IMG/VR virus record: IMGVR_UViG_3300023210_000016
Length of the DNA: 15,744 nt
Strand: one strand, 5' to 3'
Source: a virus
Taxonomy: Duplodnaviria > Heunggongvirae > Uroviricota > Caudoviricetes
Shown: positions 6,806 to 13,093 of the stretch, piece by piece
Layout: each line of letters begins with the position of its first letter
Numbering within the stretch: the first letter of the stretch is position 1
Program-made: the position numbers and the translations under genes
Notes under the pieces: model-generated
Told to the model about the DNA's origin: nothing
What the model saw: only the letters and a program-made list of their open reading frames with translations
Database searches by the model: none

Positions 6806-6813
6806 TATTTATT
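6806..6813 (-). promoter_or_regulatory. Late-promoter-like AATAAATA, 4 nt before the ATG of the coiled-coil gene
   Basis: AATAAATA-CTGT-ATG in a 14-nt intergenic gap with no SD. Confidence 0.5.
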
Positions 6814-6815
6814 CT

Positions 6816-7619
6816 TTAGGTTTGTGTGGTGGGGAATTGTTCGGTCGCGATAGTGTAGTTACTGGTATATCTTGCAACATCTTTTGTGACACGAAATTCA
6901 TCAATCCAACCAGTATGGGCACCATTTGTGGCGGCGATGCTATCAATGTTATCACCAATTCTGACAACATTGTTACCATTTGTATAATCGACTGAATCGG
7001 CAAATTGTCCTACATCTACGCCATCGATAAAGATATAAGATGTTCCGCCAGTTCTTGTCCATGCAAAGGCATACCATGTTCCCGCAACTACATTTGCACC
7101 AGATGATAAATGTGACGCACCATTATAAATATGTACTTCGTTACGCCAAGATGCAGTTACATGATTTGGTCCCATTGTTTCAATAGCCCATGGCGTGGCA
7201 GTAAGTCCTGCCCTGCCATCCATAATGGACTGGCCAGCGTCATTATGATCTACGCCATATGCCGCTACTTTGAAACGACATTCAATAGTAAAATCACCAG
7301 TCCCAAACACTAATTCTGTGCCAGCATCAACGGAGGCATAGTTGCCATCTGCGATACCGCCGGGCTTCAATGATGCTGTACCAAATACTTTATCGGCAGT
7401 ATCCAATTCAGCAGCACCTGCCGCCGTAATTGTTTTTAGACCTGTCTCATCAACAAATGTGGTGGACGCATCTGTTCCATCGAAACGTGAATATAATACA
7501 ACATTATCCCAATAATCATCGGTTGATGGGGCAGGAGCACCACCACCAGCTTTAATTACTGCTGCTGCAGAACCCGCTGCGCCTTGTACGCCGGGTCCGG
7601 GAACACCCAATCCAAACAT
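6816..7619 (-). CDS. LamG/concanavalin A-like lectin-domain protein, likely virion-associated (267 aa)
   Basis: Motifs DDYWDNVVLYSRFDG, FGTGDFTIEC, GTWYAFAWTRTGG...IFIDGV and GWIDEFRVTKDVARYTSN, after a Gly/Ala/Pro N-terminal linker. Start moved to ATG 7619, 1 nt after the upstream stop. Confidence 0.85.
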   Translation of the reverse strand: MFGLGVPGPGVQGAAGSAAAVIKAGGGAPAPSTDDYWDNVVLYSRFDGTDASTTFVDETGLKTITAAGAAELDTADKVFGTASLKPGGIADGNYASVDAGTELVFGTGDFTIECRFKVAAYGVDHNDAGQSIMDGRAGLTATPWAIETMGPNHVTASWRNEVHIYNGASHLSSGANVVAGTWYAFAWTRTGGTSYIFIDGVDVGQFADSVDYTNGNNVVRIGDNIDSIAATNGAHTGWIDEFRVTKDVARYTSNYTIATEQFPTTQT

Positions 7620-7620
7620 A

Positions 7621-7947
7621 TTATAGCATTTCCGTGATGTATAGAAGACCACCAGTGGAGTCTTGGATCACAGCGATATTTTGAACCAAAACACTGTCGC
7701 CAACATCACCAAGTTCAAAATACTCTGGAACGTTTGCTGGCATGAACATATCTTCGGCAGTTGCAATTGGAGTTGCGCCGAACTTGACATGGCAGTCTTC
7801 TGTTGCGATTAAACGAACAACAGTTGAATTTGTGATTGCGGTTGTGGTAGGAACGGAACTGGTAGCGAATGTCAAAACAATTGTTTGTCCGGGCATCAGT
7901 ACCTGAACATTGCGCTTATTGGCGTCTGTGTGTAGTGTGGTGGCCAT
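7621..7947 (-). CDS. Small beta-rich protein, possibly a virion decoration or tail accessory (108 aa)
   Basis: Strong AAGGAG SD. Alternating hydrophobic strands (VVRLIATEDCHVKFG, IAVIQDSTGGLLYITEM). Adjacent to the LamG gene. The function is an inference. Confidence 0.75.
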   Translation of the reverse strand: MATTLHTDANKRNVQVLMPGQTIVLTFATSSVPTTTAITNSTVVRLIATEDCHVKFGATPIATAEDMFMPANVPEYFELGDVGDSVLVQNIAVIQDSTGGLLYITEML

Positions 7948-7991
7948 TATTATCTCCTTGTATCATGTATTTATGATACCTAGAGATAATA
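7948..7991 (-). promoter_or_regulatory. SD-sequestering hairpin with a late-promoter motif (CATAAATA, 7975-7968) at its apex
   Basis: TATTATCTC-TAG-GTATCAT-[AAATAC]-ATGATAC-AAG-GAGATAATA fills the whole gap between the upstream TAG and the ATG at 7947. Confidence 0.75.
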
Positions 7992-8345
7992 CTATTGCTT
8001 CTTGCCTGTCTTGATAGCGTCGATTAAATGCTGCTGATCAGCATAATCCTTGGCCTGACTGTACGCATGCTCGGGGAAGTTCTCATTCACCATTGCATGG
8101 GCCTTGATGTACCATTCCTCTGTCTTGCACTCGTGTGGGGCACTGTGGATCGCCATGGACATCACACGGACCATATCGGCATGATGTTTCTCGTATTCTT
8201 GGCGCAAAGCGTCAGCGAGATAGTATTTTCGTGTCAAATCTCTAACTTTTTCTTTGTAGAACCCTTCGAGAGAGTCCGACATCGTTCTGCCGCCAACATA
8301 ATAACCATCGCTGCCGCCGTAGCCACCACCGTCAATTATTCCCAT
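7992..8345 (-). CDS. Hypothetical protein (117 aa)
   Basis: TAATG coupling to the upstream gene; Gly/Tyr-rich N-terminus. Confidence 0.7.
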   Translation of the reverse strand: MGIIDGGGYGGSDGYYVGGRTMSDSLEGFYKEKVRDLTRKYYLADALRQEYEKHHADMVRVMSMAIHSAPHECKTEEWYIKAHAMVNENFPEHAYSQAKDYADQQHLIDAIKTGKKQ

Positions 8346-8551
8346 TAATCTGACCTGACGATATAGCCAAGACCTTCACAATTCTCGCATTCACCTTGAA
8401 TACGATCTTCGGCATCGGTTGGTCCGGAGCGTACGTCTTCGCCCTCTTCATTCCAGTTCTCCACGCCAGTGGCATTACACTGTAGACAACTGGCCCATGG
8501 AGTGTTTCCCAATATGGTACTGCGCATTTCTTCGATAGTAAATGTGGTCAT
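8345..8551 (-). CDS. Small Zn-finger protein with DnaJ-type CxxCxGxG-like motifs
   Basis: CLQCNATG and CENCEGLG; ATGA overlap upstream and TAATG overlap downstream. Confidence 0.75.
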   Translation of the reverse strand: MTTFTIEEMRSTILGNTPWASCLQCNATGVENWNEEGEDVRSGPTDAEDRIQGECENCEGLGYIVRSD

Positions 8552-8871
8552 CGTTGCTTTTCCAATTCAGTCTGAACCTTCTTGATAGCTTTCTTATTGG
8601 TATCTGCTATGTAGTATATCCCATCAGACCCCTTCTTGTAAAGCTTTTCGTCAAGGCGCTTAAACCCAACGCCATGAACATCCTTGGATATACGACGATT
8701 CAAGAACGTCGGGAGTTCCATTTCCTTGAATACCGGTGCTTTCTTCTTTTTCTTAACCGTACCATTTTTAGGGTTTTGTGTTGTACCATTTTTAGGGTTT
8801 CGTGTTGTTTTTTTGACCGCTTTCTTGGCAGGTGCCTTTTTAGCTGGTTTCTTTGCTGTTTTTGTTGACAT
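8548..8871 (-). CDS. Lys/Ala-rich basic protein with a histone-H1-like N-terminus (107 aa)
   Basis: MSTKTAKKPAKKAPAKKAVKK. Start moved to ATG 8871, which has AAGGGA upstream. Confidence 0.75.
   Translation of the reverse strand: MSTKTAKKPAKKAPAKKAVKKTTRNPKNGTTQNPKNGTVKKKKKAPVFKEMELPTFLNRRISKDVHGVGFKRLDEKLYKKGSDGIYYIADTNKKAIKKVQTELEKQR
8759..8806. repeat. 24-bp tandem duplication inside the basic-protein gene
   Basis: GTACCATTTTTAGGGTTT(T/C)GTGTT x2 with one mismatch, encoding TTRNPKNG-TTQNPKNG. Confidence 0.9.
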
Positions 8872-9340
8872 ATTGTATTTTCCCTTCAAGATAAACTGAG
8901 TGTTTTAGCATATAGAATAACCGGTCGCCGTGATGTTCGAAGTATAGTGTGCCAGCCTCGGAGTTCGTCATGCCCCAATAACCACCGATGTTCTTCGGCA
9001 GGTCGAAGTGGATATGGCCACGATATAAACGAAGTTCATACGGCAATAGTATACGTAGATTTTTGTTCGAGATTTCACCACCACCATATCGCTGGACGAA
9101 GTAGTTCGCCTCTCTGGCAGTGTACACACTATGTAGTGTTTTCGCTTCTTCTTCTGTATGTGTTAAATCACGTGCCCATTCCCATGGTGGATTTTCTTTG
9201 TCCATCATGACAATATCCTTGGCGGTTCTCGCACGTATCTCTGATGAATTTGGCCACGCGATCATTAATCCTCGTCGGGCCAACCATTTTGTCATACGAA
9301 TCTGATAATCAGGTTGACCTCGTTCAGGTTTCCACCGCAT
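8840..9340 (-). CDS. Hypothetical protein, paralogue family member (166 aa)
   Basis: Start moved to ATG 9340 (MRWKPER), overlapping the upstream stop. Motifs WLARRGL, GYW and FEHHGDRLFYML. Confidence 0.7.
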   Translation of the reverse strand: MRWKPERGQPDYQIRMTKWLARRGLMIAWPNSSEIRARTAKDIVMMDKENPPWEWARDLTHTEEEAKTLHSVYTAREANYFVQRYGGGEISNKNLRILLPYELRLYRGHIHFDLPKNIGGYWGMTNSEAGTLYFEHHGDRLFYMLKHSVYLEGKIQYVNKNSKETS

Positions 9341-9677
9341 CAGGCATATCCTCCCAAAAATTATATGTGAGTCGGATGTTCTCGGCATTTTGTAACAGAA
9401 ACCACGTTCTATCCGCTTCCCTTTCGAATGTGAGGTGTTTGCCCAAGTCAAACCAATACCCTACGGTGTCTTTCGGACGACGACTTGTTTTCTGCTTACA
9501 CACCCATGGGCATATGACTAGTAAATTCCCTAACCATATATCTGATACCAGAGAATTTTCGGCCATGATGACCGTTGCGTTGAGGATCGCCGAAGATAGA
9601 CACATGCCATTCTTCTCTATCCCGCGTTCGGCAAGCCATTCGGTGTCATCCTCACCCTCGGGTGGTCGGAATTCCAT
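9324..9677 (-). CDS. Hypothetical protein, paralogue family member (117 aa)
   Basis: Motifs WLAERGI, GYW and FEREADRTWFLL; ATG 1 nt after the upstream stop. Confidence 0.75.
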   Translation of the reverse strand: MEFRPPEGEDDTEWLAERGIEKNGMCLSSAILNATVIMAENSLVSDIWLGNLLVICPWVCKQKTSRRPKDTVGYWFDLGKHLTFEREADRTWFLLQNAENIRLTYNFWEDMPDAVET

Positions 9678-9678
9678 C

Positions 9679-10041
9679 TTATAAAACCCGATAAACGCCG
9701 TTGCAGTTCATTTCCACTTTACTAATGAACCAGTACTTATTAGCCGGAATATGAAGCGGAGTTCCCCACGACAACACTACTTTGCCGCCATTGGGTTCTT
9801 GGCGAATACAAACGATTTCGGCGTCTTGGGTATCGTCGTTGAATACAACGGTATCATCCCTCAAGGTTTTGGTGTTACGTTCACATTTGACAACAGCATA
9901 CCACCAACCGTCCAGCAAATTTTCATCATACTGTTCGACCAACTTAGTGTAATAATCCCGTGTTTCTTGCGGAAGGGCATCTTGTGAATTCTGAAGCAAG
10001 GATTTCATCGCCTTGCCCATTTCTAATGTTAATGCGTCCAT
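9679..10041 (-). CDS. Hypothetical protein (120 aa)
   Basis: Fits the gene tiling with 1-4 nt gaps; no motif recognised. Confidence 0.7.
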   Translation of the reverse strand: MDALTLEMGKAMKSLLQNSQDALPQETRDYYTKLVEQYDENLLDGWWYAVVKCERNTKTLRDDTVVFNDDTQDAEIVCIRQEPNGGKVVLSWGTPLHIPANKYWFISKVEMNCNGVYRVL

Positions 10042-10045
10042 TGTT

Positions 10046-10471
10046 TCATGCTTTCAATAAATGGGATTTTTGTAAAGCCCAAAAGGTTCGATCAGCTTCG
10101 TGTTGAAACCTGATCATCGATTCGCTGATAGTCCAAAAGCCCCTTAATGATTCATCTTCCGGCTCGGCTTTCCTTCTGATATTCGAGGACCGTAACTTGA
10201 TCCCGTACGGGCATAATAGTTTCTTGTTCTCCCGAACGATACGAAGTGCCTCAACATCATACTCTACATTACGTACAAACTTGTTGCGGGTACGATGATA
10301 TCGTTTAAATTTCTTACCACTGAGGCTGACGATGGTTCTGCAATCCTGATGGTTTACTAATCGTTTTTTACGGTTAGGATTCATCGCATGATCCAGACCA
10401 TAGTTTTTCAGCCATGCCAGTTGTGCTTTGCCCGGTAAAGCTGGCATTCCGAACTCGGTCAATTCTATCAT
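10046..10471 (-). CDS. Hypothetical protein, paralogue family member (141 aa)
   Basis: Start moved to ATG 10471, with SD AAGGTGA. Motifs WLKNYGL, GFW and FQHEADRTFWAL. Confidence 0.75.
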   Translation of the reverse strand: MIELTEFGMPALPGKAQLAWLKNYGLDHAMNPNRKKRLVNHQDCRTIVSLSGKKFKRYHRTRNKFVRNVEYDVEALRIVRENKKLLCPYGIKLRSSNIRRKAEPEDESLRGFWTISESMIRFQHEADRTFWALQKSHLLKA

Positions 10472-10563
10472 GTCATCACCTTTATAAATCCAAGAAGTGG
10501 ACCACCAAGCAACATCATGAGAACCATCATGATCATAGCGCGGACTACGATTGCATGTATCAT
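10468..10563 (-). CDS. 31-aa Met-rich single-TM peptide (not in the ORF track)
   Basis: MIHAIVVRAMIMMVLMMLLGGPLLGFIKVMT, with ATGA overlaps at both ends. Confidence 0.7.
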   Translation of the reverse strand: MIHAIVVRAMIMMVLMMLLGGPLLGFIKVMT

Positions 10564-11120
10564 GCCGACTCACAATCCTCGTGGACAACTCTGGTCTGTT
10601 CAGCCAATCTGAAACCAAGGATTTTTGGTTGGGCTGGCGCACCAATGTAATGGAAGTCTTGTGCTCGTAGTTTCATCCATTCAATGAGTTCATCAGATGG
10701 TCTTTCATTAAAGAAAATGGCAACTGATTCGTATGCAGTACAATGGGATTTAATATTCTTGAGGTTTTCCGGTGTTGCATCGGTATGTCGGCCCATTCCG
10801 TTGTTCACTCTCCCCGGCGTTGCGGCGATTGCACAGTGAACATCACCATACTCATTATTGCGGCACGTACCGGCTTTCTCTTTCATCTCTTGAACAAGTT
10901 CTGGTGCCAGTTGATTTTCGTATTCAGGATCATCGATATCCTCGCGGAAACGTTCAGCGTAAGATTTGTAGGAACAATAATCATCGAAGTCATAACCGGT
11001 GATGAACGTAGCTAACTCACGTTCAAAGTTTCCAGAATAACTGTCAGTATCAATAATGAATGCAACTTCGAAAAATCTTACATCCGCGAAATTGACAACA
11101 TCTATATCAGCATTAAACAT
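10560..11120 (-). CDS. Phage hypothetical protein (186 aa)
   Basis: Patterns FIIDTDSYSGNFEREL and YESVAIFF..RP; overlaps both neighbours. No function assigned. Confidence 0.8.
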   Translation of the reverse strand: MFNADIDVVNFADVRFFEVAFIIDTDSYSGNFERELATFITGYDFDDYCSYKSYAERFREDIDDPEYENQLAPELVQEMKEKAGTCRNNEYGDVHCAIAATPGRVNNGMGRHTDATPENLKNIKSHCTAYESVAIFFNERPSDELIEWMKLRAQDFHYIGAPAQPKILGFRLAEQTRVVHEDCESA

Positions 11121-11625
11121 TACGGTTTTCCTTTCTTAAGTTTGACATCTTAGCAATATGTGTACTATTCGCCAAGGTGAACATCGTGATATCTTTATCT
11201 AATTCGAACGTGTATGTTCCAATCGTTTGATGCATCCAATATCCAAAGGTCGATGTCGGTGCCTTAATCAATCGAGCATCATGGGTGGTTCCGGACCTGA
11301 ATTTTACAGGGAATATGAGTTCAGCGTTGCGATTGATGATCATGAAGTTCTTTTCATACGTGGATGGCGGCAAATAGTGATATGTATCTTTACCAGTTTT
11401 CGCATCCCATTCGCGTATCTCGCGGGGCTTCAATGGTGGTTGAGTTTTGTCCATTTGGAGAACAGCATTGTTGGATAAATCAGATTTGTTCATAAACACT
11501 ATCCGATTGTAATCAGTTTCACCAAGTTGAAGGTGTGGATTCGCCAAACATAGCCCACGACGCCGCAGCCAACCGGCTACAGCCTTCTTATTCTTCCTGC
11601 GGGGTATTCTGTTACGATCTTTCAT
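11113..11625 (-). CDS. Hypothetical protein, paralogue family member (170 aa)
   Basis: ATGA overlap. Motifs WLRRRGL, GYW and FELDKDITMFTL. Confidence 0.75.
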   Translation of the reverse strand: MKDRNRIPRRKNKKAVAGWLRRRGLCLANPHLQLGETDYNRIVFMNKSDLSNNAVLQMDKTQPPLKPREIREWDAKTGKDTYHYLPPSTYEKNFMIINRNAELIFPVKFRSGTTHDARLIKAPTSTFGYWMHQTIGTYTFELDKDITMFTLANSTHIAKMSNLRKENRNV

Positions 11626-11990
11626 ATCGCAGAACAGTTCAGATAAAAATTATGATGGATTATCCAATATTGAGTGTCTGCGACCTCGACTTGAATGTAT
11701 GATACCTTATGACGCTCGGTTTCAATGGTGGGATGCTTTATTGACCATTTGAAATCGGTTACTCCACTCACTACAATACCATAATCACCGGTATTGAGTT
11801 TATGTGCAGGGACGTTATCCCAATCACCAATTTGATCATAGCCGGGAATGTAATCAAAATGATGTATGCCGTTCACCAGTGTAGTTGGCACAATATTACA
11901 TTCAGAAACAGCCAAGCTGTTGTCGTACTTCTTGCGACCAACGACTTCGAAGTCCATTCCGATAAAGGTATTCTTTTTTGATATTGTCAT
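11622..11990 (-). CDS. Hypothetical protein, probable divergent paralogue (122 aa; 5' end uncertain)
   Basis: The C-terminal IQVEVADTQYWII matches the family AD..(F/Y)W.L motif. There is no good SD at 11990. Confidence 0.65.
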   Translation of the reverse strand: MTISKKNTFIGMDFEVVGRKKYDNSLAVSECNIVPTTLVNGIHHFDYIPGYDQIGDWDNVPAHKLNTGDYGIVVSGVTDFKWSIKHPTIETERHKVSYIQVEVADTQYWIIHHNFYLNCSAI

Positions 11991-12020
11991 ACGAGGATAT
12001 TACCATATCATCTCAGGATG

Positions 12021-12710
12021 TCAAGCGTTTTCGTAAAACAACAGATATTCGTATGCATACGACAACAATCGTTGCAAGGGTTTCGCATTCGGCGGGAATA
12101 CCTGACGATGCTTGTCATACGTTAATAACAGTTCTCGATGTTGTTCAGGATTGCGCAATATCTCCAAAGGATTACCGGCTTGTTGGGCTTCCCGACAAAC
12201 ATCATGACCATGCGCCATCAACTCATGAGGATCACGGAAATACGATCTCATAACAGTTCGATGTTTTTGATGTTCTTCAACATGTTCGGCTTTTTGTAAT
12301 CCTATCTGATATCCACTCGGCAATGTCTTGAATTTCTGTGCACCCATTTTATCTCGTTGTTTCAAATGGATATTCTCATGCTCAAGCGTCTGCATAACAG
12401 ATGTCATGAAACTCTTCGGACCCCAATATGTCAATTGTATTGGGTCTAAGGTAATATCAATGTGGCCATCATTGTGAACCATTGCGTTTTGGATATACCA
12501 AGCGATTGTGGACACTCCCTCGGACCCCATCCAGAATACCATGTCATGAGCGGCGGATAATTCATTGAGAACATCGAGTAGAACATCGAAGTCATCTATG
12601 TCTTGGTGGCGATCCAGATAAGTTTGATACAGAGTGCATGCATGTTGCATTTGATCTTGCACGGATGTCATGGTTTCAGGTTCTGGCAATAATACGGCTT
12701 GATGAAGCAT
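12021..12710 (-). CDS. Zincin-like HExxH protein, putative metallopeptidase (229 aa)
   Basis: LEHENIHLKQ with a downstream YFRDPHELMAHG as a candidate third-ligand Glu. Start moved to ATG 12710. Confidence 0.7.
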   Translation of the reverse strand: MLHQAVLLPEPETMTSVQDQMQHACTLYQTYLDRHQDIDDFDVLLDVLNELSAAHDMVFWMGSEGVSTIAWYIQNAMVHNDGHIDITLDPIQLTYWGPKSFMTSVMQTLEHENIHLKQRDKMGAQKFKTLPSGYQIGLQKAEHVEEHQKHRTVMRSYFRDPHELMAHGHDVCREAQQAGNPLEILRNPEQHRELLLTYDKHRQVFPPNAKPLQRLLSYAYEYLLFYENA

Positions 12711-12715
12711 ATTTG

Positions 12716-12732
12716 TATTTACTGAATAAATA
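12716..12732. promoter_or_regulatory. Back-to-back late-promoter-like motifs (TATTTA-CTGAA-TAAATA)
   Basis: Minus-strand TAAATA is 5 nt before ATG 12710. Plus-strand AATAAATA (12725-12732) is 7 nt before ATG 12740. The pair sits exactly at the strand switch. Confidence 0.55.
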
Positions 12733-12739
12733 TGGTACA

Positions 12740-13093
12740 ATGAAATAACAATGGGACAACCACTTGGAATTCACATTCGTAGAAATTCACTACTATAACG
12801 GTAGTTACAAAATGCTATTTAAGGGCGAGGGACCATGGGGTGGGCCTCGCTCTTTTTCGTTGTACGAGTTTGAAACATTCGAAAAGATGTTCCCTCCCAG
12901 TCAAGCAGAATTCACCAAAGGCAAACAAGCTTACCATACATTCATGAAACATAAGGAGCAAAATCATGGAAATCAGAGAACTGACAGTAGACACACACGA
13001 AAAAGTAATACACGCAACCGACTCAAAGAGTGGATTGGACTGTTATATCGCAATACACAGCACAAAATTAGGGCCATCTTTGGGCGGAACTAG
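12740..13093 (+). other. Uncertain ORF: ATG-AAA-TAA followed in frame by 114 sense codons (interrupted gene, TTG-12764 gene or non-coding leader)
   Basis: ATG 12740 is in frame with the track ORF 12764-13093 but is interrupted by TAA at 12746-12748. The 3' 128 nt overlap the dehydrogenase gene. Confidence 0.35.
12821..12857 (+). terminator. Terminator-like hairpin in the leader of the dehydrogenase
   Basis: AAGGGCGAGG-GA-CCA-UGGGG-UGG-G-CCUCGCUCUU, a 10-bp outer stem with one G.U pair. A U5 tract lies at 12853-12857. Confidence 0.5.

Noticed and set aside
7124-7131. Perfect TATAAATA on the plus strand followed by a 60-aa ORF (7131-7313)
   Set aside because: It lies antisense within the LamG gene and the ORF looks non-coding; a chance hit is likely. 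An antisense transcript cannot be excluded.
11973-11979. In-phase A_AAA_AAG (dnaX-type) heptamer at the start of 11622-11990
   Set aside because: A -1 shift would stop within about 25 codons, and no stimulatory SD or hairpin was seen.
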